64,000 bases of DNA. Source: Candidatus Eremiobacteria bacterium. GTDB taxonomy: Bacteria; Vulcanimicrobiota; Vulcanimicrobiia; Vulcanimicrobiales; Vulcanimicrobiaceae. A program made the translations under genes and the position numbers. Location of the stretch: assembly GCA_963758295.1 (NCBI GenBank), contig CAVWUU010000001.1, positions 416,001 to 480,000 on the forward strand, written 5' to 3'. Shown piece by piece: positions 22,577 to 35,300 of the stretch (position 1 is the stretch's first letter; each line of letters starts with the position of its first letter). The notes below the pieces were generated by a model. That model did not search any database. It saw nothing but the letters and a program-made list of their open reading frames with translations, and had not been told where the DNA came from.

Positions 22577-23584
22577 TTATGGCTTCGCAAGCGACGCCAA
22601 TTCTCGAAACAGCTCCTCTTCCCGTTCGCTCAGACGCTGCGGCAGTTGTCCGATGAGGCGAACGTAAAGGTCGCCGTTTCCGCCGCCGTTCAAATGCGGC
22701 ATTCCCTTTCCCGCCGCCCGCATCAACTGTTCGTTCTGCGTTCTGGCCGGGATCGTCATCGTAATCGCGCCGGTAAGCGTCGGCACATGGGCTTCACCGC
22801 CGAGCACAAGGGAATAGATCCCGATCGGAAGATCGGTGTAGAGATCGTCTCCTTCGCGGCGGAATCGTTCGTCCGGCTTTGTGCGGACGGTCAAGTACAG
22901 ATTGCCGGGCGGACCGCCGTGAAGACCTTGACCGCCCTGTCCGCCCAGACGTATGCGTTGGCCGTCGCGCACGCCTTTTGGAATTTTGACTTCCAACGCC
23001 TTTCGCTCGAGGATCGCACCGGTGCCATGGCAATTTGGACAAATGCGCTCGTGTTGCACGCCGGTACCGCCGCACGCGGGGCAGCGGTCTTCAACGTCGA
23101 GCGAAATCGATTTCGTTGCGCCGTCATAAGCGTCGCGAAGGTCGACCTCTATCGATCCCTCTAAGTCTTGTCCGCGATGGGGCGAACGCGGTGAACCGGC
23201 GGCGCGACGTCCGACGTTCGTGAAGAATGATTCGAAGAAGTCGGAGTAGCGGTCATCGCTCGCGCCGCCGAAAAAGTCCTCGGCGCTGAAGCCCGCGGTA
23301 GTGCCCCGATCGGAGCGGTAGCGCCGTTGCTGCTCCGCCTCGCGCGACGCACTTTCCCAATCGCTTCCGAGCGCGTCGTATTTGCGGCGCTTCTCGGGAT
23401 CGCTAAGAACCTCGTACGCCTCTTGGAGGTCTTTGAATTTTTCCTCCGCAGCTTTGGCATTCTCGAGGTTCGCATCGGGATGCCATTTGCGCGCGAGCTT
23501 GCGGTACGCCGACTTGATTTCTTTCTCGGACGCGCTCTTCGCGACGCCAAGAACCTCGTAGTAATCTTTGTAGGCTACGGCCAT
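22577..23584 (-). CDS. DnaJ/CbpA-like J-domain co-chaperone
   Basis: [26 protein letters not shown], two CxxCxGxG motifs, DnaJ C-terminal domain. Confidence 0.92.
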   Translation of the reverse strand: MAVAYKDYYEVLGVAKSASEKEIKSAYRKLARKWHPDANLENAKAAEEKFKDLQEAYEVLSDPEKRRKYDALGSDWESASREAEQQRRYRSDRGTTAGFSAEDFFGGASDDRYSDFFESFFTNVGRRAAGSPRSPHRGQDLEGSIEVDLRDAYDGATKSISLDVEDRCPACGGTGVQHERICPNCHGTGAILERKALEVKIPKGVRDGQRIRLGGQGGQGLHGGPPGNLYLTVRTKPDERFRREGDDLYTDLPIGIYSLVLGGEAHVPTLTGAITMTIPARTQNEQLMRAAGKGMPHLNGGGNGDLYVRLIGQLPQRLSEREEELFRELASLAKP

Positions 23585-23611
23585 CCCGGAACCGCCTTCA
23601 GCTCGAGCGAA

Positions 23612-24124
23612 TTAGGCGTTAGCGCGCTGCGGCAGTCGCCAATTCGGCCGAATGAAGTGGCAGGTGTAGCCGTCGGGATACTTTTGCAAATAATCCTGGT
23701 GTTCGGGCTCCGCTTCCCAAAAGGGACCGGCGGAAGCAACTTCGGTGACGACTTTGCCCGGCCACAGTCCCGATGCTTCGACATCTGCAATCGTGTCTTC
23801 GGCAATGCGGCGCTGTTCGTCGGTCGTATAAAAAATCGCCGATCGATAGCTCGCGCCTCTGTCGTTGCCTTGGCGGTTCAGCGTCGTCGGATCGTGAAGC
23901 TGAAAGAAAAACTCGAGCAATTGCCGGTAGCTCAGTTGCGCGGGATCGAAAACAATTTCGACGGCTTCCGCGTGATTGCCGTGATTGCGATAAGTCGCAT
24001 TCGGCACGTCTCCACCGGAGTAGCCGACGCGCGTTGAGATAACGCCCGTAAACGTCCGCAACAGCTCTTGCACGCCCCAGAAGCAACCGCCGGCAAGAAT
24101 AGCCCGCTCACTTTGTGTATCCAT
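23612..24124 (-). CDS. msrA: Peptide-methionine (S)-S-oxide reductase MsrA
   Basis: [38 protein letters not shown] before ATG at 24124. Confidence 0.96.
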   Translation of the reverse strand: MDTQSERAILAGGCFWGVQELLRTFTGVISTRVGYSGGDVPNATYRNHGNHAEAVEIVFDPAQLSYRQLLEFFFQLHDPTTLNRQGNDRGASYRSAIFYTTDEQRRIAEDTIADVEASGLWPGKVVTEVASAGPFWEAEPEHQDYLQKYPDGYTCHFIRPNWRLPQRANA

Positions 24125-24203
24125 GCTCCCGTAACCGTTCGTGAAAGAGCGCGGGTTTCTCTGCGAAGGGCGGCCGTCACGGCGCGCGAACCCGGCGCAC
24201 GAG

Positions 24204-25112
24204 ATGAGCGAAGCGAGTGTCCTTCGGTGGCTGCTCGACGGCGATCCGTCGATTCGCTGGCAAGTGATGCGAGATCTCACCGATTCGCCGTGCGCGATCT
24301 TCGAGGCCGAGCGACAACGCGTTGCTCTGGAAGGCTGGGGTCGCGCACTGCTCGATCGTCAGTCGCCCGGGGCCTGGTGGGGCGCTCCCGACGAAGAAGG
24401 CTGGATGATCTCGACCGACGCCCTCGCTCTTCTTCGCGAGATGGGCGTCGAACCGTCGAGCGATGCCGCGCGCCGTGCCCTCGCGCGTGTCAAAACGCAT
24501 CTGAAATGGGAACGCTTGAACGGGCGGGCGTACTTTGCGGGCGAAACCGAGCCATGCATCAATGGCGCGATTCTAGCTATCGGCAGTTACTTCGGCGAAC
24601 GGTGCGACGAAATCGTCGAACGTTTACTGCACGAACAGCTTCCCGACGGCGGCTGGAATTGCGACGCGCCGCCGAGCTGCCGTTCGTCATTCAATTCCAC
24701 GATTCGCGTCCTGGAAGGACTGCTCGAATACGAGCGCGCGTGGGGACGTTCCGGCGCGGTCGCCTCGGCGAGATTCAAAGCGCACGAATATCTGCTGCAA
24801 CGCCGGTTGTTCCGGCGCGCGAGCAATGGCGAGGTCATCGATCGCGCTTGGATGCGCTTCGCATTCCCGACAACGTGGCATTACGACATCTTGCGCGCCC
24901 TCGATTATTTTCGCAGCGCCGGCATCCCGCCGGATGAACGCGTAACCGAAGCCGTCGACGTAGTAAAAGCGCGACGGCATCAAAACGGGCGATGGCCGAT
25001 GAACCGGCTCCATGCCGATCGTCTGCGGTTTCCGTTGGAGCCGGAGACGGGCCGCGCGAGCCGCTGGAATACTTTACGCGCAATGCGCGTTCTCAAATGG
25101 TATCGACGCTAG
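24204..25112 (+). CDS. Prenyltransferase/squalene-cyclase-like repeat protein
   Basis: [49 protein letters not shown]. Confidence 0.75.
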   Translation: MSEASVLRWLLDGDPSIRWQVMRDLTDSPCAIFEAERQRVALEGWGRALLDRQSPGAWWGAPDEEGWMISTDALALLREMGVEPSSDAARRALARVKTHLKWERLNGRAYFAGETEPCINGAILAIGSYFGERCDEIVERLLHEQLPDGGWNCDAPPSCRSSFNSTIRVLEGLLEYERAWGRSGAVASARFKAHEYLLQRRLFRRASNGEVIDRAWMRFAFPTTWHYDILRALDYFRSAGIPPDERVTEAVDVVKARRHQNGRWPMNRLHADRLRFPLEPETGRASRWNTLRAMRVLKWYRR

Positions 25113-25890
25113 CCTTGGGACTGCCCATGTTGGTCGTCGATCGCGAAACGCTCGAGTTTAATGCGTCGGCAACCACGTACGTTGCGCCGGCGATCAAAAA
25201 ATTCAAAGCGAATTCCGACCAGTTGAAGTGCGATTCCGGATGAACGAGCAAACGTGGTACCCAGACGAGGAAGCCGAATATGCCCAACATCAAAGCCATC
25301 AGGCGCGCGGCGAGCACGGCTTGGCGATCGATAAGCAACGCTATTGCGGCTAGCGCAAAGGCGATCGTGGTGAGATTCGCCCAGAAAACCTGGTTCGGCG
25401 GTATCCATACAGGCACGAGCTGTGCCGTTACCGCGAGGTAAACAATTTGCGCGACTGCAAACGAGATCGCGCAGAGCCCTAGCCCGATGCGCGCAATGAG
25501 GCGAAATGCGCAAGCGCGTGTCGCGCCGGCGCCGGTAGCCGATAACATGGCGACAGCGCCGCACAGCAAGGCGAATTGTTCGAAGAATGCCCCGTATGAT
25601 TCGTAAACAGCCGGCATGGTAGCGATCGCGGGAATGCAGGTCAGCGAGAAAATCGCATAGACCGCCGTTAGCGCGGTCGATCCGGCGCGCAAGGTTCGCG
25701 GAAAAAACAGGCAGAGGCCGCCGGCAATCTGGGCGATCATCACGCACGTGCCTACGACTGCGCCGAGCGGCAAGCTTAGGAGCTTATATGAAGCTTGCCA
25801 GGTGGCAGCGTCGCGCCACATAAGCGCCAGAACGCCCGACAAAACTGCCGATGCTGCGAACACGATGCGGCCGTAAACTGGCCTCGTCAC
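25093..25890 (-). CDS. Multi-pass membrane protein (DoxX-like)
   Basis: About 7-8 hydrophobic segments; LVPxWIPP.Q.FWA motif; probable GTG start at 25890. Confidence 0.65.
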   Translation of the reverse strand: MTRPVYGRIVFAASAVLSGVLALMWRDAATWQASYKLLSLPLGAVVGTCVMIAQIAGGLCLFFPRTLRAGSTALTAVYAIFSLTCIPAIATMPAVYESYGAFFEQFALLCGAVAMLSATGAGATRACAFRLIARIGLGLCAISFAVAQIVYLAVTAQLVPVWIPPNQVFWANLTTIAFALAAIALLIDRQAVLAARLMALMLGIFGFLVWVPRLLVHPESHFNWSEFALNFLIAGATYVVADALNSSVSRSTTNMGSPKASVDTI

Positions 25891-26090
25891 GAAGTCGCAA
25901 CGTCCGCGGGATTTCAGGCGTGACGCATAGTCCAAAAGCCCCAAGAATTGCATCTTTCTGCGGGTAAGCGAGCAAACGGCCTGTTTGTTAACGTTTCCTT
26001 GGCTGAAAGCTTTCACAGCCGGCGAGCGAGCGAAAGGCCCTGCATTTTCTCGGTTGAACGGCGGATGGCAGTACAACTAAAGGGGACAAG

Positions 26091-27689
26091 GTGGGACGAC
26101 CGTTTTCAGGCCTGTCCATCTATGCTTTACTGCTCGCTACTATTGCGAGCGTAGCAGCATGTGGTGGAGCAGGCGGGGGATCTCCCGAGGCTTCCGGAGT
26201 GCTTCCGGCCGCTTCGGCTTCACCATGTCCTAGTGGTTATACCGGAACGCCCGGCCAGTGCACGCAAGTCCAGTCCGGCGATTCTTTCACGCCGGTCGCA
26301 TCGGCGACGACTGCGCCGCTTCCGGCCGTCGGTGGATTTAGCGGCACGATTCAGGTGCCGCCCGCCGGAGCAGCCGGTCCAATTCAGGTAACCGTTTCTA
26401 CCACTAATCCCGGCGTCACGACGTTCGATCGTCTGCGCCGGGCGGCAAACGGAATCACGCGCGCCGACGGTAGCGCTGCGAGCACGCCGCTCCTCTATAT
26501 CACCCTTTCGACCGGCGCCGCTGCGGTTACGTTCCAAGGCTTTCCGGGATTCGTGCTATCGCTGCCGTCGTCGGCGGGGACGGGCCCGTTCTACCTGGCG
26601 CAATTGGAGAACGCAAGCGGCGGCACGGGAACGTGGACCACGATTGCGGGGCCAACGAATGCTGTGGGTTCAATCGCAACGATGCAGCCCTCGCTCCCGT
26701 CACTGGCGATGGCTCCAAACCAATCGACGTACTTCGTCTTATATACGGGCGCTATGCCGTCCAGCTCACCGCAGGCATCGGCAAGTCCGATGCCGCCGGT
26801 GACCGCGTCACCAAGTCCGGTGCCGACGGTCACGTCGAGCCCGAGCAGCACTACGACGCCGGGCCAGACGCCGACGCCTATCCCAACGGCAACTTCTTCG
26901 CCGACGCCGGTTTCGTCGCCGACGGGTTCGCCGACGCTCCCGCCGACGGCTGCACCGACCACGACGTCTTCGCCGACTCCATTCCCGACGGCGTCACCGT
27001 CGCCGACGCCGACGCCGGGTTCAGGCACGGCCTCGACGCCGCGGACGCTTTCAGTTCACGGGCTCCCGAGCGGGACGTCCGGAACGTCGATCAATTTTGC
27101 CGCGGGAACGTTTTCGCTCAGCGTCTTGAATTCATCGGGCGCAGCAATCGCGGGATCGTTTGCCAACGCCGTCACGGTTTCGAGCAGCGACACAACCGGC
27201 GTCGTGCAGCTTTCAGTGAACGGCGGCGTGGCGGCGCGAAGCGTTTCCGTTACCTCGGGCAGCGATCTGATCGCGCTGATCTATAACGGGAGTACGATCG
27301 GCCCGGTTACGATTTCCGCCACGGCCGCCACGGCATCTACCGCATCGGCGATTTTCACGCCGGCGATTCAATCGATTCAGTACAGTGGTCCATCTAATGC
27401 TTCAAACGGCACGCCGGAAATTGATTTGTACGCGCCGAGCGGTCAGGGAACCGGATCGACGTTCGACTTTTCCGTGAGCCAGCCCGGTTACACCGGCACC
27501 TATTCGCTCGGCATTCCGAGCGCATGCAACAACTTCGCAAGCATCATTAACAACGGCAGCGGTTCGTATACGGTCAACTCGATCGCGTCACCGGTCGCCG
27601 GAACGTGCACGTTCACCGTCACCGGTTACGGCACGTCAACGGTCAGCGTGAAGCTGACGTATTCCAGCTTTGGGGTAATTTTGCAATGA
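26091..27689 (+). CDS. Lipoprotein with central Pro/Thr/Ser-rich linker and beta-rich domains
   Basis: Lipobox VAAC-GG; PTPTP/SPTP tract at ~26760-27040. Confidence 0.8.
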   Translation: MGRPFSGLSIYALLLATIASVAACGGAGGGSPEASGVLPAASASPCPSGYTGTPGQCTQVQSGDSFTPVASATTAPLPAVGGFSGTIQVPPAGAAGPIQVTVSTTNPGVTTFDRLRRAANGITRADGSAASTPLLYITLSTGAAAVTFQGFPGFVLSLPSSAGTGPFYLAQLENASGGTGTWTTIAGPTNAVGSIATMQPSLPSLAMAPNQSTYFVLYTGAMPSSSPQASASPMPPVTASPSPVPTVTSSPSSTTTPGQTPTPIPTATSSPTPVSSPTGSPTLPPTAAPTTTSSPTPFPTASPSPTPTPGSGTASTPRTLSVHGLPSGTSGTSINFAAGTFSLSVLNSSGAAIAGSFANAVTVSSSDTTGVVQLSVNGGVAARSVSVTSGSDLIALIYNGSTIGPVTISATAATASTASAIFTPAIQSIQYSGPSNASNGTPEIDLYAPSGQGTGSTFDFSVSQPGYTGTYSLGIPSACNNFASIINNGSGSYTVNSIASPVAGTCTFTVTGYGTSTVSVKLTYSSFGVILQ

Positions 27690-29377
27690 AGGCAACGCAC
27701 TATCTGCGCGGCGGCGCGCTTGCGTTGAGCGTTGCGGCAGGCGCACTTGCCGGATGCGGCGGCGGCTCGATGCCGTCACACGGCGTCGGTTCGGGAAACG
27801 GAGATAGCGGTTCGTCGGGCTCAAGCAAGTACGCCGTCGCGAAACTGACGATCGTCATTCCGGAAAAGACGACGAGCGGTATGCGCCGTCCGGCGTATAT
27901 CTCTGCGTCGACGGCATGGCTTGCGTGGACGCTCGACGGCGCGCAGCAGAATCCGGTTGCGCTCTCGACGACCGCGTCACCAAATCCGAATTGCACGGGC
28001 TCGGGATCGAGCACCGTATGCACCGTCCCGTTTTATGTTGCTCCCGGAACGCACAACTTCGTCTTCACGCTTGAAGATGCGAACTTCCGCGCGCTTTCGA
28101 CCGGAACAGCCACGAATGTAACGTTGACTGCCGGCGTCGCAAATACGTTGAACCTGACGCTGGGCGGCATCCCGGCGGGCATCAGCGTTTCGTCGAACAA
28201 TACGAATTTTACGAAATCGTCTTCGATCTACACGATGTACGGCACCGGCTCGGTGACGCTCGCGATCAATGCCGTTGACGCGGCCGGGAATACGATCGTC
28301 GGCGGCGGCGCGCCGTCGTTGAGCGCGTCGTTAGCAGCGGCTTCTCCCGCGCCATCACCGGCGCCGTCGGCCACGCTGGTCGCCGGATCCGGAAACACCT
28401 GGACGCTTACATCTTCATTCCAACCTTCATCGCCGACGCAAGGAACGGCGGCCGTGCTCAAAGTGCAGGCCTCGCCCGCGGCCGGTTCCGGAATCGCTTC
28501 GTTCTCGTCGCAGTTCAGCGTGCTGTTTTATACGCCGCGAATCTTCGTTGCGCAATCCGGTTCGGGCAGCGTCACGAGTTACGATGAACAGGGGAACGCG
28601 CAATCGACCACTATCACGGGTCTCGCGGCACCGCAAGCGGTTTCGTACGGAGCGAATTCCAGCACGCCGAACCCGTTGCCGTCTTCCTATCTTTATGTCG
28701 GGAGTCTTCACGTCGTTACGCCGACGCCGCTCCCGACCGCCAACGCAACGGCCGGCCCGACGCCGACGCCGTACGGATCTATTGCTGCGTACAACATCGA
28801 CGGTTCGTCGCCTAGCGGTCTCGGCGCCTTTTCGAATGCCGGCGTACCGGTCGGCGTGGCGTTCGACACAAATCTCAACGAGTTATTCGCGCTGAACTCG
28901 ATAGGATCGGCGCTGCAGGTCTATAGTTCATCCGGCACTTATCAAAGCACCGCCGTCGCCAGTATCATCAATCCAACGGGGATCGCGTTTGATGCTGCGA
29001 GCAATGACATGTACGTAAGTACGTCGAGCAGCGTTATCGCCTACCACGAAAATGGCAGCGCCGATACGGCGGTGTCGTCTTTTTCGTCACTAAATTCGCC
29101 GGCCGGCATTGCTTATGATTCGGTGTTGAATGAACTGTTCGTCCTCAATCGCGGCAACAGTACGGTGGCGGTATACTCGCCGTCCGGCGGCGCGCCGTTG
29201 GCTTCGTTCAGCGTCGTTTCTACGCCGACGGCCTTGATGTACGATCCGTACGTTCGCTGGATTTACGTGGCGAACGCGACTTCGATTCGCGCGTATAGCG
29301 AGAGCGGCGCGCCGCAAACGCTAAGCGGTACGTGGTCCAACCTCAGTACGCCGACGTCATTGACGGTCGTCCAATGA
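27686..29377 (+). CDS. Lipoprotein with C-terminal NHL/YncE-like beta-propeller
   Basis: ATGA overlap; lipobox LAGC-GGG; RRPAYIS motif; repeats PxG[IV]A[FY]D..xxLFV. Confidence 0.8.
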   Translation: MKATHYLRGGALALSVAAGALAGCGGGSMPSHGVGSGNGDSGSSGSSKYAVAKLTIVIPEKTTSGMRRPAYISASTAWLAWTLDGAQQNPVALSTTASPNPNCTGSGSSTVCTVPFYVAPGTHNFVFTLEDANFRALSTGTATNVTLTAGVANTLNLTLGGIPAGISVSSNNTNFTKSSSIYTMYGTGSVTLAINAVDAAGNTIVGGGAPSLSASLAAASPAPSPAPSATLVAGSGNTWTLTSSFQPSSPTQGTAAVLKVQASPAAGSGIASFSSQFSVLFYTPRIFVAQSGSGSVTSYDEQGNAQSTTITGLAAPQAVSYGANSSTPNPLPSSYLYVGSLHVVTPTPLPTANATAGPTPTPYGSIAAYNIDGSSPSGLGAFSNAGVPVGVAFDTNLNELFALNSIGSALQVYSSSGTYQSTAVASIINPTGIAFDAASNDMYVSTSSSVIAYHENGSADTAVSSFSSLNSPAGIAYDSVLNELFVLNRGNSTVAVYSPSGGAPLASFSVVSTPTALMYDPYVRWIYVANATSIRAYSESGAPQTLSGTWSNLSTPTSLTVVQ

Positions 29378-32300
29378 AACGCGTCGATCGTCGTGCCTTG
29401 AGGCGCAAGAACGTCGCTCGCGCGGCGGGCTTTGCCGTTTTTGCCGGTGCGGCGCTCGTTGCGGTTACCACGCGGCCGGCCTTAGCAACGCCTTCGTGCA
29501 CGGTTGTAAACACCGGCGGCACGTACCAGATCAATTGCACCGGGTCCACGCCTCCGCCACTCCCGCCTGCGTTAAGCGCGCCGCTATCGAGCGGTTCGCA
29601 GATCACGCAGACGGCAAACGGTGATAGCGGCGGCGGCGGACACGACGGTGCGCTGTTCGTTTCTGCGGGCTCCGGGCACTCGGGTGATAACGGCGGTCCG
29701 ATTTCCGGGACCTTCGGGAGCTCGGGAACTTCAATCTATAATCCCGGCGGTTCGGCCGGCATTTTCTTCCAGGCCAACGGCGGCAACGGCGGTAACGGCG
29801 GCAACGGGTATGCCGGAGCCAGCGCAGCCGGCGGCGGCTCGGCCGGGAGCGGCGGTAACATCAACGTTACAACGCAGACCTCGGGCATCTTCACTTTCAA
29901 CAACTATCAGCCCGGAGTTTGGGCGCAGAGCGCGGGCGGCGTGGGCGGTAGCGGCGGCGGTGCCTACGTTAGTTTCGGCGGCGGCGGAAACGGTGCGCCG
30001 GGCGGCAGCGGCGGAAACGTCTCGCTGACGGCGGGCGGCCTCATCTACACGCAGGGTTACGAGTCGTTCGGCATCTTCGCGCAAAGCATCGGCGGCGGCG
30101 GCGGAAACGGCGGCACCGGTTGGGGCGCGCTCGAAGGGGGCGGTAGCGGCGCAAGCGGTCAGAACGGCGGCGACGCGGCAGCGACGCTAAACAACAATGC
30201 GACGGTCTTCACGACCGGAAACAATTCCGTTGGAATCTTCGCGCAAAGCGTCGGCGGCTTCGGCGGCAACGGTGGCGGCGGAATTCTAACGTTCGGCGGC
30301 AACGGCGCCAATGGCGGCAGCGGCGGAAACGTCACGGTCACCACCAATAGCGGCTCAGCCATCTACACCCTCGGCAACGATGCTAACGGTATCGTCGCGG
30401 AGAGCGTCGGCGGCGGCGGCGGTACCGGCGGCAACAGCACGTCGCTCTTCGCGGTCGCGGGAGCGGGCGCATCGGGCGGCTACGCGGCGAACGCATCGGT
30501 CACGAATTACGCGAACGTCTTCACTTACGGAAGCCTTTCCAAAGGCATCTTCGCGCAGTCGGTTGGCGGTTTCGGCGGCGACGGCGGCAGCAGCGCCGGA
30601 CTCGTCTCGCTGGGCGGCAACGCGGGCGTCGGCAGCAACGGCGGCACGGTCAACGTCACCAATTACGGAAACGTCACGACCTACGCGACCGACGGCATTG
30701 GCGACGCGACCTCGCTCGGATCGCAGGCGATCTTGGCTCAGTCGGTCGGCGGCGGCGGCGGCAACGGCGGCGCTTCGGGCGGCTGGGTTTCGCTCGGCGG
30801 CGGCGGCGGTGCCGGCGGCAACGGCGGCAGCGTCACGGTCTATAACTCGGGAAGTCTCACGACCTACGCCACCTTCTCGCAAGGTTTGCTGGCGCAGTCG
30901 GTCGGCGGCGACGGCGGCAACGGCGGCGGCTCGGATGCCGTCGGCTTAGGCGGCGCGCTTTCGATCGGCGGCAACGGCGGCTCGGGCGGCACGGGCGGCG
31001 CGGTCAACGTCAACCTGAACGGCGGCACGATTGCAACGCACGGCGCCTTCTCGGACGGCGTGCAGCTGCAGTCGGTCGGCGGCGGCGGCGGTAACGGCGG
31101 CGCTTCGCTCTCGGCATCGATCTCACCGACGGTCTCGATTTCCGTCGCCGTCGGCGGCTCCGCGTCGGGCGGCGGCGCCGGCGGAAACGTCTATATGTGC
31201 GTCAACGGCCCGTCATGCGGATCGCAAGGGTCCATCGTAACGACCGGCGACTTCTCGGACGGCATCCTCGCGCAAACGGTCGGCGGCGGCGGCGGCAATG
31301 GCGGCATGGCCATCGCGGCGTCGGGCGGCCTCGCGGCGCTGAGCACCGCGGTCGGCGGCTCGGCCTCGAGCGGCGGCACCGGCGGTACCGTGCAGGTTGT
31401 CTCCAACAATAACGTCCAGACCAGCGGCGCCCAGGCCATCGGCATCATCGCCCAGTCGGTCGGCGGCGGCGGCGGCACCGGTGGCAACAGCGTCTCGGGC
31501 AGCCTCGGCATTGCCTCAGCATCCCTCGCCATCGGCGGAACCGGCGGCGCCGGCGGGAACGGCGGAACGGTCACCCTCTCGAGCACCGGCACCGTTCAAA
31601 CTTCAGGAGCCGGCGCAATCGGCGTCATGGCGCAGTCGGTCGGCGGCGGCGGCGGCAACGGCGGTTATGCGGCGGCCGGATCCATCGGCGCAATCGGGTC
31701 GGCGGGCCTCGCGCTCGGCGGCAACGGATTGACCGGCGGAAACGGCAACACGGTTACCCTCTCGAATTCCGGTAACGTCACCACGGGCGGCTACGATGCG
31801 ATCGGGCTCTTCGCTCAGTCGGTCGGCGGCGGCGGCGGCAACGGCGGCTTCGCTGCGGCGGGTTCGTTAGCCGCCGGAGTCACGGCCGACTTCGGGATCG
31901 GGGGCAAAGGCGCCACCGGTGGAACGGCTTCGACGGTTACCCTGAACAACAGTACGGATACGATCACGACCATAGGCGACAGCGCCACGGGCATTCTCGC
32001 TCAATCGGTCGGCGGCAGCGGCGGCAACGGCGGCTTTGCAGCCACGGGTGGCGCAAGCGGCCTCGTTTCAATTTCGGGCTCGCTCGGCGGCGCAGCCGGC
32101 GATGGCGGATCGGCTAACGCAGTCCGCGTCACCAACGGAACTTCCTCGAGCAGCCTGGGCTCGATCTATACGTCGGGAGACAACGCGGCCGGAATCTTCG
32201 CGCAGTCGTTAGGCGGCGGCGGCGGTAACGGCGGCTGGTCCGTGTCGGGGACGCTTTCGGGCGGGGCAACGGTCGGCCTCGCAATCGGCGGCGATGGCGG

Positions 32301-35300
32301 AGCGGGCAGCACGGCCGGCGCGGTGACGGTCACAAACTACGCCAACATCTTTACCGGTTACAACGACACGTCGTCGACCTCGTCGCATGGCACGAGTTCG
32401 GCCGGCATCGTCGCGCAATCGGTCGGCGGCAGCGGCGGTAACGGCGGGTTCGCGGTGAGCGCGGGCGGCAGCGTCGACTTCTCCGGAAATCTTTCCATCG
32501 GCGGCGGCGCCAGCTCGGGCGGTACCTCCAATACGGTCGGCGTTATAAGCTACGGGTCCATATCGACAACGGGAAATCAAGCCGACGGCATCCTCGCGCA
32601 GTCGATCGGCGGCGGCGGCGGCAACGGCGGGTTCAGCATCGCGGGCGCGCTCTCGGCCGGCGCGGCAGCAGGTGTCTCGCTCGGTGGATCCGGCGGCGAC
32701 GGCGCGTACGGCAATATCGCCACCGTTTCCCAGCACGGCAACATCGCGACCGTTGGATCGCAGTCACTTGGCATCGTCGCGCAATCGATCGGCGGCGGCG
32801 GCGGCAACGGCGGACTCAGCGTCGGCGCCGGAGCCGGACTCGATGCCGGCGTCGGTGTGAGCCTTGGCGGCAGCGGCGCAAGCGGCGGCTACGCCCAAGG
32901 CGTAACGGTCACCTCCACCGGTACGGGCACCAACGTTTGGAACGTCTGGACGCAAGGCGCAAATTCGACCGGTATCCTCGCGCAGTCCATCGGCGGCGGC
33001 GGCGGCAACGGCGGGGCAAGCATCGCCGGGGCGGCAAGCGGGACGGTTGCGCTCAGCGGCAGCGTCGGCGGTAAAGGCGGAACGGGTGCGAACGCGGGCT
33101 CCGTCACCGTCACGAGCACCAACAACATTTTGACAGGCGCAACGCTTGCCGGTTCGACCGTTTCGGAAGCGGCGAACGCCTTCGGCTCAGCCGGCATCAT
33201 CGCGCAATCGATCGGTGGCGGCGGCGGCAACGGCGGCTTCTCTGTCGCAGGGGCCGGGGCGGACATCGGCGCAGCGGCGAGCTTCGGCGGCATTGGCGGC
33301 GCCGGCGGTTACGCGCAGGGCGTTACGGTAACCAGCACCGGCGCGATTCAAACCTTCGGCGGCTCGGCCGACGGCATCATGGCGCAGTCGATCGGCGGCG
33401 GCGGCGGTAACGGGGGCTGGAGCGTAGGCGGCGCCGTTTCCGACACCGGCTCCGTGGCGCTTTCAATGGCGGGCGGCGGCGGTTCCGGTTCATATGCCGG
33501 GAACGTCGGGCTTACCAGCACCGGAGCGATCGTAACCGACGGGTATCAATCTGCGGGACTTTCCGCGCAGTCGATCGGCGGCGGCGGCGGTAACGGCGGC
33601 TTCAGCGTTGCGGGAAATCTTTCGGCGGGCAACGCCGCATCGGTATCGCTCGGCGGCGGGTCGGGAAGCGGAGCATATGCGGGCACCGTTCAGCTCACGA
33701 GCACCGGTAACGTTTCTACATTAGGTGGAGATTCGGACGCGATCCTCGCGCAGTCGCTCGGCGGCGGCGGTGGCAACGGCGGCTTTAGCGTCACCGGCAA
33801 CCTTAGCAGCGGCGGCAACGCCGGAGCGTCGGTCGGCGGACAAGGCGGCGCAGGCGGTTATGCGCAGTCGGTCATCCTCTCGAGCAACGGAAATGTTTAT
33901 ACCGGCGGTGCGTCTTCGGCGGGTATCGTCGCGCAGTCCATCGGCGGCGGCGGCGGTAACGGCGGGTTCAGCGTGGCCGGCGCGCTTAGCGGCGGCGGAG
34001 CGTTGTCGCTTTCGCTCGGCGGCGCGGGCGGTACGGGCAGTAACTCCGGCTTGGTGCTGCTCTCGAGCGGCGCGGCTTCGAGCCCCGTCAACATCGTGAC
34101 GACCGGATCGCAGGCTGACGGCGTTCTCGCGCAGTCGATCGGCGGCGGCGGCGGCAATGGCGGTTTCTCGGTTGCCGGCTCAATCACGAGCGGCTCCAAC
34201 CTTGGCTTCTCGATGGGCGGCAATGGCGGCGGCGGCGGATACGCCGGCGGCGTAACCGTCAATTCGTATAGCAATGTAACCACCGGCGGCGATGAATCGA
34301 ACGGCATCGTTGCGCAGTCGATCGGCGGCGGCGGCGGTGACGGCGGATTCAGCGTGACCGGCGGCGTCTCCACCGCATCGGCCGTTGCTCTATCGTTGGG
34401 CGGCAAGGGCGGCAGCGGCAATTACTCCGGCGCCGTCAACCTTACGAGCGGCACCAGTTCCAACATCGTCGCCATCTCGACCGGCGGCGACTACGCCGAC
34501 GGTATTCTCGCGCAATCAATTGGCGGCGGCGGCGGCGACGGCGGCTTCAGTGTCGGCGGGACCGTTGCGAACAACACGTCAATGGCGTTTTCATTCGGCG
34601 GATCGGGCGGCACCGGCGACTACGCCGGCGGCGTCAACGTCACGAGCTACAGCACTATCAATACTACGGGCGCAAATTCGCTGGGCATCGCCGCTCAGTC
34701 AATCGGCGGCGGCGGCGGCAACGGCGGCATGGGCGTCAAAGGCACGCTCAGCGTTACGAGTCAGTCCGGCGCAGCCTCAATCGGTTTCGGCGGCGGCGGA
34801 AGCGGCGGCTACGCGCAGGGCGTAAACGTCACGAGCGCTTCCGGAATTACGACGCTCGGCGATTACTCCGGCGGCATTCTCGCGCAATCGGTCGGCGGCG
34901 GCGGCGGCTACGGCGGCATCGGCGTAACCGGACAGATCGCAAGCGCGCTTGGCTTCTCGTTCGGCAGCAGCGATTCGGGCGGCACGGCCGGCGCGGTAAG
35001 CGTGACGAACAGCGGCTCGATCTCGACCGGCGATGCAAGTGCGGGAACCGGTGCGCACTCCGGTGCGATCGTCGCGCAATCGATCGGCGGCGGCGGCGGC
35101 GACGGCGGATTTAGCATCTCGGCCGGTATCACGGCGACGGGATCGGGATTGTCCCCGCTCAAGAACGCTTTCGGAGCGGCGGGCGGCGCAGGCGGAAACT
35201 CCGGCCAAGTAACGGTTAGTAACACCGCTTCGTCTTTGCAGACCGTCGGCTCGAATTCCGACGGCATTCTGGCACAATCGATCGGCGGCGGCGGCGGTAA

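Noticed and set aside
24204..25112. Squalene cyclase implying a terpene cluster
   Set aside because: Only ~300 aa, no DxDD motif and no isoprenoid genes nearby
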